NCBI GenBank assembly: GCA_034435375.1
Contig: DAOTXR010000037.1
Coordinates: 76,280-140,279 of the forward strand
Direction: 5' to 3'
DNA: 64,000 nt
Source of the DNA: Anaerolineae bacterium
GTDB taxonomy: Bacteria > Chloroflexota > Anaerolineae > Aggregatilineales > UBA3940
The notes beneath the pieces are model-generated. The model was not told the DNA's origin. It worked only from the letters and a program-made list of their open reading frames with translations, and ran no database searches. Position numbers and translations under genes: made by a program. Positions 35,180 through 44,684 of the stretch are shown here, in pieces. Within the stretch, counting starts at the first letter, position 1, and each line of letters begins with the position of its first letter.

Positions 35180-36445
35180 GTGGTTGAGCAGAAGCAGGTA
35201 AAAAAGGTGGTCCTGGCCTATTCGGGCGGCCTGGATACCTCGATCATCGTCCCCTGGCTCAAAGAGAACTATGGCTGTGAGGTGGTATGCTTCACTGCTG
35301 ATCTGGGTCAGGGTGAGGAGCTTGATGGGCTGGAGGAGAAAGCCATCCGGAGTGGAGCCAGCAAGGTCTTTATCGAGGACCTACGTGAAGAGTTTCTGAC
35401 CGGATACATATTCCCGACGATGCAGGCTGGCGCAATCTACGAACATAAGTATCTGCTGGGTACGTCGTTCGCACGCCCTTTGATTGCCAAACGGCAGGTC
35501 GAGATCGCCGAGCAGGAAGGCGCCGATGCCGTTGCCCACGGCTGCACCGGCAAGGGCAACGACCAGGTGCGGTTTGAGGTGACGGTGATGGCCCTCAACC
35601 CGACGTTGCGTATTATTGCGCCGTGGCGTGAATGGGACATCCGCAGCCGTGAGGATGCACTGGCCTACGCCCGCGCACACAATGTGCCCGTCCGCCAGAC
35701 GGAGAAGTCGATCTACAGCCGCGACGCTAATCTATGGCATATGAGCCACGAGGGCGGCCCGCTGGAGGATCCCTGGCTGGAGCCTGAGGAAGCCATGTAC
35801 ACCCTGACGGTCAGCCCTGAGACTGCCCCCGATGTGCCGGAGGTGATCGATCTGGAGTTCAAGAATGGCACACCGGTCGGTCTGAACGGTGAGAAGCTGG
35901 GGCCTGTCGAGCTGGTGCTGCGGCTTAATGCGCTGGGCGGCAAGCATGCCATCGGGCGGGTGGACTTGGTCGAGAACCGGCTGGTGGGGATGAAATCACA
36001 CGGTGTGTATGAGACACCCGGCGGCACGATCCTATACACAGCCCATCGTGAACTGGAGAGCATCTGCTTGGACAAAGACACCCTGCACTACAAGCAGATG
36101 CTCAGCATCCGTTACGCCGAGCTGGTGTACGACGGCAAGTGGTTCTCGGCACTGCGTGAGGCACTGGACGGTTTCGTGATGGTCACGCAGCGGCATGTAA
36201 CGGGGCATGTGCGGCTGAAGCTGTACAAGGGCAATGTCATTGTCCTGGGACGCAAGTCACCGTATAGCCTATACCGCGAGGACTATGCCTCCTTCGGGCA
36301 GATGGATGTGTACGATCAGCGCGATGCTGAGGGATTCATCAACCTATGGGGGTTGCCGCTGAAGGTTGATGCCATGCTGAGCATCATGGGCACCGGGAAG
36401 AGCCGGTTCCGCGCCCCTGACTATTCGATCTTCAAGCGAGATTGA
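35180..36445 (+). CDS. argG: Argininosuccinate synthase
   Basis: It has the [11 protein letters not shown]-loop and the family pattern throughout. Start chosen at GTG 35180 (GGAAGGGAG 8 nt upstream). Alternatives are ATG 35150 and the track's 35096. Confidence 0.92.
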   Translation: MVEQKQVKKVVLAYSGGLDTSIIVPWLKENYGCEVVCFTADLGQGEELDGLEEKAIRSGASKVFIEDLREEFLTGYIFPTMQAGAIYEHKYLLGTSFARPLIAKRQVEIAEQEGADAVAHGCTGKGNDQVRFEVTVMALNPTLRIIAPWREWDIRSREDALAYARAHNVPVRQTEKSIYSRDANLWHMSHEGGPLEDPWLEPEEAMYTLTVSPETAPDVPEVIDLEFKNGTPVGLNGEKLGPVELVLRLNALGGKHAIGRVDLVENRLVGMKSHGVYETPGGTILYTAHRELESICLDKDTLHYKQMLSIRYAELVYDGKWFSALREALDGFVMVTQRHVTGHVRLKLYKGNVIVLGRKSPYSLYREDYASFGQMDVYDQRDAEGFINLWGLPLKVDAMLSIMGTGKSRFRAPDYSIFKRD

Positions 36446-36534
36446 TGTCAGGTTAGGATAAGACTCAGGCGGCCTCTACCTACTCCCACGCATGATGCTG
36501 GTCTATGAACTCACGAGTTGAGAGGGGGCAAACG

Positions 36535-37905
36535 ATGCGTCTGTGGGGCGATCCCTTCAGTGACGAGCCAGACGGCCTGATGAACCGTTTCAACGACAGC
36601 TTCACTTTTGATCGGCGGCTGTACGCTGCCGATATCCGGGGCAGTATCGCCTACGCTGGCGCACTACGACGGGTAGGGCTGATCGATGAGAGAGAGCACG
36701 CCGCGATGGTTTCGGGGCTGGAGCAGGTGCGGCGTGAGTTCGAAGAAGGATATTTTGAGGCGCTGCCCACTGACGAGGATATTCACACGGCCATCGAACG
36801 CCGCCTGACGGACCTGATCGGTGTTACAGCGGGCAAGCTGCACACCGGGCGCAGCCGTAACGACCAAGTGGCTCTTGACCTGCGGCTGTGGCTGTTGGAA
36901 GCCATCGAGAATGTGCAACGTAGCCTCAGGGAAACCCAGGCTGCTCTCGTGACGAAGGCTGAGGCCCACTTGGGCCTGATCATGCCAGGATATACTCATC
37001 TACGGCCTGCCCAGCCGGTGCTGTTTAGCCATTGGTTGTTGAGCTTTTTCTGGATGTTGGAGCGCGATCAAGATCGACTAATCCACTGTGCACGCCGCAC
37101 CGCCGTGTGCCCGCTCGGCGCAGGAGCACTGGCTGGAAATCCCTTCCCCATCGACCGCGCGGCGCTGGCAGCGGACCTGGGGATGGATGAGATTGCGCCC
37201 AACAGCCTGGACGCAGTGAGCGACCGCGACTTCGCGGCTGAGTTTTTGTTTGTGGCGGCTCTCATAGGCGTGCATCTTAGCCGATTGGCAGAGGATCTGA
37301 TCGTGCTCTCCAGCCCTGGCTACCACTTCGTCATCATCGATGAAGCCTACACGACCGGATCGAGCCTGATGCCGCAGAAACGCAACCCCGATGCGCTGGA
37401 GTTGACGCGCGGCAAGTGCGGTCGGCTGATCGGCGATCTCATGGCGCTGCTCGCTGTACTCAAGGGGTTGCCCTTGACTTACAATAAGGATTTGCAAGAG
37501 GACAAAGAGCCGGTCTTTGACGCGGTGGACACACTCAACCTGACACTGCCGGTGGTCGCAGGCGTGATCCGAACGTTAGAACCTGACCCTCAGGCAATGC
37601 GTGCCGCGTTGTCAAGCGAAATGTTGGCCACCGACTTGGCTGACTACCTTGTCGAACGTGGGGTGCCGTTTCGAGAGGCACATCATGTGGTGAGAAGGTT
37701 GGTGCAGCGAGCCATATCACGGGGTAGAACGCTGGCTGACCTGTCTGTGGAGGACTTGCAGGCTGAGTCGGCAGCATTTGGGGAAGACGCACGGGCTGTG
37801 CTCGACTTTGAGCGGTCGGTGGCGCGTCGAACAGCGACCGGCGGGACCGCGCCGGAGGCCGTGCGGAAGCAGATCGTACAGGCGCGGGAGCGCCTGGGGG
37901 GTTGA
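36535..37905 (+). CDS. argH: Argininosuccinate lyase
   Basis: It begins MRLWGDPF and carries GRSRNDQV and the fumarate-lyase signature GSSLMPQKRNP. ATG 36535 has GAGGGGG upstream. Confidence 0.93.
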   Translation: MRLWGDPFSDEPDGLMNRFNDSFTFDRRLYAADIRGSIAYAGALRRVGLIDEREHAAMVSGLEQVRREFEEGYFEALPTDEDIHTAIERRLTDLIGVTAGKLHTGRSRNDQVALDLRLWLLEAIENVQRSLRETQAALVTKAEAHLGLIMPGYTHLRPAQPVLFSHWLLSFFWMLERDQDRLIHCARRTAVCPLGAGALAGNPFPIDRAALAADLGMDEIAPNSLDAVSDRDFAAEFLFVAALIGVHLSRLAEDLIVLSSPGYHFVIIDEAYTTGSSLMPQKRNPDALELTRGKCGRLIGDLMALLAVLKGLPLTYNKDLQEDKEPVFDAVDTLNLTLPVVAGVIRTLEPDPQAMRAALSSEMLATDLADYLVERGVPFREAHHVVRRLVQRAISRGRTLADLSVEDLQAESAAFGEDARAVLDFERSVARRTATGGTAPEAVRKQIVQARERLGG

Positions 37906-37981
37906 GACGGGTCAAAGGCATGAGGGCTTGCCACAGGGTGGTCAGGCGACGCAGGGAGCATGAGTCGCAATCAGTACCTCC

Positions 37982-39955
37982 TTAACAGTACCCAGCGGCT
38001 CCTCTCCTTCCGCTCACCTCCTCCCGGCTGAACTGCGTATGATAAAGCTGCGCATACAGTCCACCCTGTGCCAGCAGCTCCTCGTGTTTTCCTCGTTCCA
38101 CAATCTGCCCCCGGTCCAGCACCAGGATCACATCTGCTGCCAGAATCGTGCTCAGGCGGTGGGCGATCACCACGCTCGTCCGTCCTGCCATCACTATCTT
38201 CAGCGCCTCCTGAATCAGTCCTTCCGATTGGCTGTCCAGGTGGCTCGTCGCCTCGTCCAACACCAAGACACGTGGGTCCTTCAGGATCACCCGCGCCAGG
38301 GCAATGCGCTGCTTCTCCCCGCCACTCAGCCGATATCCCCGCTCACCTACGATGGTGTCATATCCCTCTGGCAGCCCCATGATGAAGTCGTGGATGTTCG
38401 CTGCCCGGCACGCCGCTGCTATCTCCTCTGGCGAGGCCTCTGGGCTGGCATACAGCAGGTTGGTACGTATGGTATCGTGGAACAGATATGTCTCCTGCGT
38501 CACCATGCCAATGTGCGCCGCAAGTGAGGCAAGCGTCACATCGCGCAGGTCGTGCCCATCCAGCAGGACCCGCCCATCCGTCGGGTCGTACAGCCGGGGG
38601 ATCAGGTAGGTCAGTGTTGTCTTGCCTGCCCCGCTCGGTCCTACCAGCGCAGCTAACTGCCCTGCCCGGATGGTGAACGATATGTCTTCCAGGGCCACCT
38701 CGCGGGCCTGGGTGACAGGCAGGTGTCCTTCGGTCCTCCGTTCCTCCCGCCGGCCATCCCCTGCGCTGGCCTCACCGCCGGACAGCACTGCCCGCACGCT
38801 TTCCATCTGACCGTGACGTTGCACGTCGCTCAGCACAGCTTGGCGAGCCGCATCGTAGCGGAACGTCACGTGGTCAAAAGTAAGTTCGCCCCTCACTTCT
38901 CTCAGGTCGATGGCTCCCGGCTTCTCGGCAATGTCCAGCGGCAGGTCGATCACCTCGAACACCCGCTCAAAGCTCACCATCGAGGTGGCAAAGTCCACGG
39001 GAGCGTTGGTCAGCGCCTGCAATGCTCCATAAAGCTGGGTCAGGTATGCGCTGAATGCCACAATTGTCCCGATGCTAAACACTCCCCGCAGCACCAAGTG
39101 TCCCCCGATCCAATACACCAGCGCCACGCCCACGGCTGCCACCAATCCGATCATCACAAAGAACTGGCTGGCGACCACTGCCCGGCTCACGCCAATATCC
39201 CGCACGCGCCCCGCCCGTCCCTCGAAACGCCCAATTTCCGTCCGCTCTCGCCCAAACAGCTTCACTAGCAGCGCACCGCTCACGTTGAGAGTCTCATGCA
39301 TCATGGCGTTCATCTGGGCATTGAGGTCCATTGCCTCTCGCTGAATGTCCCGCAGGCGAGCGCCTATCCGCCTGGCTGCGATGATGAATAACGGTAGCAC
39401 CAACACACCCAGCACCGTCAGCCGCCATTCTAGCGTCAACATCACCCCCAGAGTCGCCGCCGCCTGGACCAGGTTCGTGACGATGCTCACCCCTGTGTTG
39501 CTGATCGCATTTTGTGCGCCGACCACATCGTTGTTCAACCGGCTCATCAATTCCCCGGTGCGGTGATTGGTGAAGAACCGCAGTGACATGCGTTGTAGGT
39601 GCTCAAACAGACTCACCCGCAAGTCGTAGATCACTCCCTCACCAATGCTGGCGTTGACCTTGCGCTGAAAGACGCTCAAGGCTCCCGTCAGCAGGGGAAT
39701 CAGCACCAGCCCCAGCGCCAGCAAATTCAGCCGCCCTATATTGCGGGCTGGCAGCGTGTGGTCGATCAGATCGCGGAAGATCAGTGGCGTCAGCAACTGC
39801 AGGCTGGTCGTCAACGCAATGGCAACCAGCAGAATCGCAATTGACCCTCTGTAAGGGTAGGCATACTCTGACACACGCCTGATCAGCTTCCAGGTAACGC
39901 GCGGCTTTTCCTCGATGTCAGCGCGAAAGTAGGCCCACCAGCCTCCACCGTGCAT
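37982..39955 (-). CDS. ABC exporter, fused permease/ATPase (MsbA/MdlB type) with an insertion in the NBD
   Basis: It has a six-TM exporter domain, Walker A GPSGAGKTT, signature LSGGEKQR and Walker B LVLDEATS. About 45-50 extra residues sit between FRYD and ALEDISF. Confidence 0.88.
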   Translation of the reverse strand: MHGGGWWAYFRADIEEKPRVTWKLIRRVSEYAYPYRGSIAILLVAIALTTSLQLLTPLIFRDLIDHTLPARNIGRLNLLALGLVLIPLLTGALSVFQRKVNASIGEGVIYDLRVSLFEHLQRMSLRFFTNHRTGELMSRLNNDVVGAQNAISNTGVSIVTNLVQAAATLGVMLTLEWRLTVLGVLVLPLFIIAARRIGARLRDIQREAMDLNAQMNAMMHETLNVSGALLVKLFGRERTEIGRFEGRAGRVRDIGVSRAVVASQFFVMIGLVAAVGVALVYWIGGHLVLRGVFSIGTIVAFSAYLTQLYGALQALTNAPVDFATSMVSFERVFEVIDLPLDIAEKPGAIDLREVRGELTFDHVTFRYDAARQAVLSDVQRHGQMESVRAVLSGGEASAGDGRREERRTEGHLPVTQAREVALEDISFTIRAGQLAALVGPSGAGKTTLTYLIPRLYDPTDGRVLLDGHDLRDVTLASLAAHIGMVTQETYLFHDTIRTNLLYASPEASPEEIAAACRAANIHDFIMGLPEGYDTIVGERGYRLSGGEKQRIALARVILKDPRVLVLDEATSHLDSQSEGLIQEALKIVMAGRTSVVIAHRLSTILAADVILVLDRGQIVERGKHEELLAQGGLYAQLYHTQFSREEVSGRRGAAGYC

Positions 39956-40027
39956 CTAATCCATCCTGTTCAACCGCCCGCCTGGCGGGCTAGAACTGAA
40001 TCGCTCGATCTTCCCGCCCCTCCTGCC

Positions 40028-41110
40028 TCAGCCAATGCGCCTACCTGTCACGGGGTCAAAGTACAAGATGCCGTCCGAGTCGAGTGTGCACCAAATCATC
40101 TGGCCGGCATGGACCCGCTCGGCCAGCGGCACGATCAGCGACCATCGCTCGCCCTCGCGCTGCACTTCCACCAGTTGAGTGCGCTCCGAGAAGAGGGGGG
40201 TCACATATTCCACACGGGCTGGCGTGCCCGTTCCGGCCAGGTGGATAAACTCGGGGCGGATGGCAAGTATCACTGGTGTGCCGTTGGGCAAGTCCTGACG
40301 AATCGGGTAGCCGCCAAAGCTCGCGCTCTGCCAGCGCCCCCCTTGGGCATGTCCCGCAAACAGGTTGATGGGGACCGTCCCGATGAATGTCGCCACGAAT
40401 AGGTTGATCGGTGTTTGGTAAAGCTGGCGATATGTGCCAATCTGCTCCAGCCGTCCCTCGTTCATCAAAGCGATCCGATCCGCCAGCGCCATGGCCTCTA
40501 CCTGATCATGGGTGACGTACACAGCTGTGGTTGGAAACTCTCGCAGCAGGCGTTTCAGTTCGATACGAGCGCTGGAACGGAGTTTGGCATCCAGATTGGA
40601 GAACGGCTCATCGAACAGCAGAACACGCAGATCGCGCGTGAGGGCGCGCGCCACAGCTACCCGCTGCTGTTCACCCCCCGAAAGCTGGGGAGGTTTGCGC
40701 TCCAACAGCTTCTCAATCCCAATCCCCGTGATCTCCGAGATACGCTCCAGGCGCTCCGGCAGCTCCACCTCGCGTTTGCGCAGCTCCAGGAAGAAGCCGA
40801 TGTTTCGCCTGCTCTTCCAGTGAGGCACTAGCGCCCGTTCTTGGAATACCATGCCGATCCCGCGCTGGTCGAACGGAATCTCCTCGAGCGGCACGTCATC
40901 ATACAGCACGCAGCCACTGTCAGCCGTTTCCAGCCCTGCGATGAGTCGCAGCAGTGTAGTCTTGCCGCAGCCGGAGGGACCCAGAAACACCATTACCTCT
41001 CCAGGGGCAATCTTCATGGATACGTGATCGACCGCCGTGATGACTTCCTGCACGCCCAGACTCGACCGCGTGTAGCGTTTGACGACTCGATCTAGCGTAA
41101 TGGTGGTCAT
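40028..41110 (-). CDS. ABC transporter ATP-binding protein, MalK/UgpC/MsiK-like (no adjacent permease or binding protein)
   Basis: It has Walker A GPSGCGKTT, signature LSGGEQQR, Walker B LLFDEPFSNLD and a C-terminal TOBE-like region. Start taken at ATG 41110 (MTTITLDRVVKRY). Confidence 0.88.
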   Translation of the reverse strand: MTTITLDRVVKRYTRSSLGVQEVITAVDHVSMKIAPGEVMVFLGPSGCGKTTLLRLIAGLETADSGCVLYDDVPLEEIPFDQRGIGMVFQERALVPHWKSRRNIGFFLELRKREVELPERLERISEITGIGIEKLLERKPPQLSGGEQQRVAVARALTRDLRVLLFDEPFSNLDAKLRSSARIELKRLLREFPTTAVYVTHDQVEAMALADRIALMNEGRLEQIGTYRQLYQTPINLFVATFIGTVPINLFAGHAQGGRWQSASFGGYPIRQDLPNGTPVILAIRPEFIHLAGTGTPARVEYVTPLFSERTQLVEVQREGERWSLIVPLAERVHAGQMIWCTLDSDGILYFDPVTGRRIG

Positions 41111-41229
41111 GAGAGTTTGTCCATAGGCAACTTCGCATTTCGGACGAGCAGCGCAGGACAAGCCTTGCCGATTAGCCGTGAATGGCCTCGCCGCCAAGGC
41201 CTGAGGCTACCCTCTATATGGCTCGTTGC

Positions 41230-41634
41230 TTAGCCCGCTGCCCGCACGATCTGGAGCAGGTCCTGTTCTAGCGAACCGCTGGTAGGATTCTCGACGATGC
41301 GACCCAGTTCATTTCCCCCTTCGCGGTCATAGACGATAAACGTCGGGATGCGCGTGATGCCGAGCCGCGCCCGACGTTCGGCGTTCGGGGTGCTGTCGAA
41401 GACCTCCCATGTCCAGCCGGGCAGGTGATCGGCAATACGGGCCATGCGTGGGATGTGGCGGGCACAGTCTGGGCAGGTACGCCGGCTGGGTGTGATCACA
41501 TGGGCCTCAGGCCGCAGTACACGGACCTGGGCGATGATGTCCAGGTTGGGCTGGTAGCTTTCATAAGCGGCAAAGTATCCCTCATCAGCCTCAACGTAGG
41601 ATTTGATCGATAAGCAGGTGGATGGGACGCCCAT
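41230..41634 (-). CDS. Thioredoxin-fold protein (CPDC active site)
   Basis: Length is 134 aa. It carries TCPDC and the GITRIPTFIVY cis-Pro loop typical of the thioredoxin fold. Confidence 0.75.
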   Translation of the reverse strand: MGVPSTCLSIKSYVEADEGYFAAYESYQPNLDIIAQVRVLRPEAHVITPSRRTCPDCARHIPRMARIADHLPGWTWEVFDSTPNAERRARLGITRIPTFIVYDREGGNELGRIVENPTSGSLEQDLLQIVRAAG

Positions 41635-41696
41635 GATCGGGTTCCTCCGCTGTGATCAGTCCACAGTAGACAGCTATTTCCTGTGGCTGCCCGCTG

Positions 41697-42731
41697 TCAA
41701 CTCAGGTGATGAAGCTGGGCCAGCAACTCGATGAGTTTCTCGGTTGTTTGGCCGGGCATGTCAAGTTGGCCCAGCGGATCAACGATCTCGTCCACGCCCT
41801 GCAACGCACGGGCGACATTCAGCATTCCGTGCGACAGTACCTCCAGGTCATAGCCGCCCTCCAACACAAACACGATCCGTCCCTGGCATAGTTCATCGGC
41901 CATCGCAATCAGCTCGCGTGTCAGGTGGGTATAGCCGTGCAGGTCAAGTTGGAGCATGGCCAGCGGATCGGCCCAGTGCGCGTCAAACCCAGCCGACACC
42001 AAGATCAGGTCGGGCTTGAAACGGCGAGCTGCCGGCCACAACACGCTTTCGTAGAGCATGTGAAAGCCTGCGTTGCCCGTTCCGGCCCGTAGCGGCATGT
42101 TGAGCGTCGTGCCGCGCCCCTCACCTTCACCGATCTCGCCAGCTGCTCCCGTGCCAGGGTAAAACGGATATTGGTGGGTTGAGACATATAGGACACTGGG
42201 GTCCTCATAAAAGGCATCCTGTGTACCATTGCCGTGGTGTACATCGTAGTCGACGATCATCACACGACGGATGGCCTCGTAGGTCTTCTGGGCATGGCGG
42301 GCTGCTATGGCCACATTGTTGAACAGGCAGAAGCCCATGGCTCGACCCGGCGTGGCATGGTGCCCCGGCGGGCGCACGGCCACCAGCCCATTGTTTGCCT
42401 GGCCGCCCATCACCGCGTCGACCGCAGCGATCACGCCGCCAGCAGCCAGCAGCGCGACGCGATAGGAAACTGAGGTCACGTAGGTGTCGGGATCCATGAG
42501 CATGTCGCCGGCGTCGCTGGCACGCTTCACGCGCTCCACGTGCTGGGGATGGTGAACCAGGAGGAGCTGCTCAACGGTAGCCGGGTCGGGTGTGATCGAC
42601 AGCAGTTGGTCGAGGACTTTGTGCTCGTCCAGCACCTGCCAGATGCGCTCGATACGCCCGGCATGCTCAGGATGGCCGTTAACGTTGTGCAGCCGATAAT
42701 CGGCATGGGTGACATAAGCCGTGACCGTCAT
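41697..42731 (-). CDS. Histone deacetylase-family amidohydrolase (AcuC / acetylpolyamine amidohydrolase-like)
   Basis: Motifs are RPPGHHA, DYDVHHGNGTQ and GGGY-type EGGY. ATG 42731 has AGGAGA upstream. Confidence 0.88.
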   Translation of the reverse strand: MTVTAYVTHADYRLHNVNGHPEHAGRIERIWQVLDEHKVLDQLLSITPDPATVEQLLLVHHPQHVERVKRASDAGDMLMDPDTYVTSVSYRVALLAAGGVIAAVDAVMGGQANNGLVAVRPPGHHATPGRAMGFCLFNNVAIAARHAQKTYEAIRRVMIVDYDVHHGNGTQDAFYEDPSVLYVSTHQYPFYPGTGAAGEIGEGEGRGTTLNMPLRAGTGNAGFHMLYESVLWPAARRFKPDLILVSAGFDAHWADPLAMLQLDLHGYTHLTRELIAMADELCQGRIVFVLEGGYDLEVLSHGMLNVARALQGVDEIVDPLGQLDMPGQTTEKLIELLAQLHHLS

Positions 42732-42795
42732 GATTTTCTCCTGGCGAGAAGGTCGTCTCCATCGATCATACCACATCCGCGCCCTTGATGGTCGA

Positions 42796-43554
42796 TCAGC
42801 CTAGCTGCCGGTCGAAGAACTCGGCCACTCTTTGGGTGAAGGCGTCTCCCAGCGCCGCGTGTGGAGTGTGACCTGCACCTGGAATCAGCCACAGTTCGGA
42901 GTTGGGCAGTGCCGAGGCGATGTCCAGCGCGTGCTGGTCAGTGGCATATTCGTCCTCAGCGCCTTGCACAACCAGCACTGGACAGGCGATCCGGCGCAGC
43001 AGGTCAGGCGCGACCAACTCGGCAGGTATGTTGCGTGCATCCGCCCAATGATTTAGCCAGGTCTCAGCCAAAGCCTGCCATCGATTGCCGTGCAGTGCGG
43101 CCAAGTATGCCTGCACGCTAGCACGGCTGTGGACTTTGGCCAGCATCGCGCCGATTCCTTCTCCGATCTTCGGCTCGTAGTAGATATGCGCGGCCTCGAT
43201 CACCATCGCACGCACCAGATCAGGCCGCAGTCCAGCCACGATCAGCGCAATGGTACCACCATCGCTGTGCCCCCACAGGCAGGCATCCTGCACCCAGAGG
43301 TGATCCAACAATGCGATGGCCTCCTGTGCGTCCTCCCATAGATAGGCGTGCTCGAAGCGTGGGCGGACATCGGAGCGGCCATAGCCCCAGCGGTCGAAGG
43401 TGATCACACGATAGCGCGACGCAAAGTGATCGACCTGCGCCTGCCACTCGGCTGACGCCCCGAGGCCCTGGTGCAGAAAAACCAGAGGCGGCGCATCCCC
43501 ATCGCCGCAGAACTCATAATGCAGGCTATGACCATTGACGCGGAACTCAGGCAT
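42796..43554 (-). CDS. Alpha/beta hydrolase
   Basis: It has an HQGLG oxyanion region, a nucleophile elbow GHSDGG and a C-terminal GAGH. Length is 252 aa. Confidence 0.85.
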   Translation of the reverse strand: MPEFRVNGHSLHYEFCGDGDAPPLVFLHQGLGASAEWQAQVDHFASRYRVITFDRWGYGRSDVRPRFEHAYLWEDAQEAIALLDHLWVQDACLWGHSDGGTIALIVAGLRPDLVRAMVIEAAHIYYEPKIGEGIGAMLAKVHSRASVQAYLAALHGNRWQALAETWLNHWADARNIPAELVAPDLLRRIACPVLVVQGAEDEYATDQHALDIASALPNSELWLIPGAGHTPHAALGDAFTQRVAEFFDRQLG

Positions 43555-43577
43555 CGGCGGATGGGTTGAATGAGAGG

Positions 43578-43859
43578 TTACAGGTAGAAGTCACGCAGTG
43601 CATCGCTGACATCCTCGATCAGGCTGTGCCATTCGACGCCAGAGGCCCGGGTGATCCACAGCATATGGCCATCTAGCGTGAGCGCGGCCAGACCAGGCAC
43701 CCCAAATAACGCCTGTGCCAGCGGCGATCCTTGGTCGCCCTGATCTGAGCTGTCGTACACCTCAGGACTGCCTTCAGGTGTCAGGTCCAGGTTGGTCACC
43801 AGGCGCATGACGTCGGGATCGGCAGTCGGTACAACGCGGATGTCAATATACTCGGTCAT
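43578..43859 (-). CDS. NifU N-terminal-like (Nfu_N scaffold-type) small protein
   Basis: The 93-aa product starts at ATG 43859. It contains PLAQALFGVPGLAALTLDGHMLWITR, which resembles the Nfu_N domain. The call is moderately confident only. Confidence 0.6.
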   Translation of the reverse strand: MTEYIDIRVVPTADPDVMRLVTNLDLTPEGSPEVYDSSDQGDQGSPLAQALFGVPGLAALTLDGHMLWITRASGVEWHSLIEDVSDALRDFYL

Positions 43860-43931
43860 TGGTGAAGACTGATAAATACGCCAGGCCGTTGCAGAGCACA
43901 ACGGCCCGGCCAGTGTGTTTATGGGAACACG

Positions 43932-44612
43932 TTACGGCGTCGGGATCTCAACTGGCTCACCAAAGGCGAAGAAGTCGATCAGCCAGCGACCGCCGCTGGC
44001 TTCCGTGATCACGACCCGCACGACCTCGCTGGTCTCCTTGTCAACAAATACATCGAGGGTCGCTGGGCCTGGCTCGACGGCTCCTCCGACCAGCGCACTC
44101 AACTCGCTGCCGTCTGCTTCAGCCGTGATGTGATAGGCCTCCACTCCTTCGATGTCCTCCTCCTCGCCAAACTCTGGTGCTTCTAGCTCCTTAAGAATCC
44201 GGGGCAAGCCCACATCGGCTTGGAAGATGTCTGTTGCGTTGAAGGTCTCCTGCAGATCTACCGGCGTGAATGCCGCCACCAGAGGGGGCAGTTTGAAGAA
44301 GACGCCATCAGCATTCCACAAGAACTCGGCCTCGGCTACTACGCCCTGGGCACTGACCTTGACGGTAGCATAGACGCTGTCAGGGGACTGGTAGACGCCC
44401 TCTGCGCCGAGGATGGCGGCACTCAACATCCCGGCAGTGATGGGGATCGGGTCTCCCTCACGCTCGATGATAAACTGAAGACTCTCAACAGCCGCCATCG
44501 TATCTGATGCTTGGCTGAGGACTTCGTCAGCGGTTGGCTGGCCACCTCCGCAAGCCGCCAACAGCCCCAGCGCCACCCCCAACCCCCCCAGTGTCAAGAG
44601 AATGCGCTTCAA
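43932..44612 (-). CDS. LppX/LprAFG-family lipoprotein
   Basis: The signal MKRILLTLGGLGVALGLLAAC has a lipobox. Length and pattern resemble lipid-binding LppX_LprAFG proteins. The TTG start has a strong AGGAGGTG RBS. Confidence 0.7.
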   Translation of the reverse strand: MKRILLTLGGLGVALGLLAACGGGQPTADEVLSQASDTMAAVESLQFIIEREGDPIPITAGMLSAAILGAEGVYQSPDSVYATVKVSAQGVVAEAEFLWNADGVFFKLPPLVAAFTPVDLQETFNATDIFQADVGLPRILKELEAPEFGEEEDIEGVEAYHITAEADGSELSALVGGAVEPGPATLDVFVDKETSEVVRVVITEASGGRWLIDFFAFGEPVEIPTP

Positions 44613-44684
44613 GGTCCACCTCCTTTGTAGTTGTACAACTCAAATGCGCCCTTCGGAGCGCCCCGACAATGCCAGCACTCCCCC

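Noticed and set aside
44625-44660. A 10-bp perfect palindrome, GTTGTACAAC, and a small UUCG-type hairpin between the arsA-like and lppX-like genes. They could be an operator or processing site.
   Set aside because: They are too short to distinguish from chance without comparative data. No matching second site was seen in the window.
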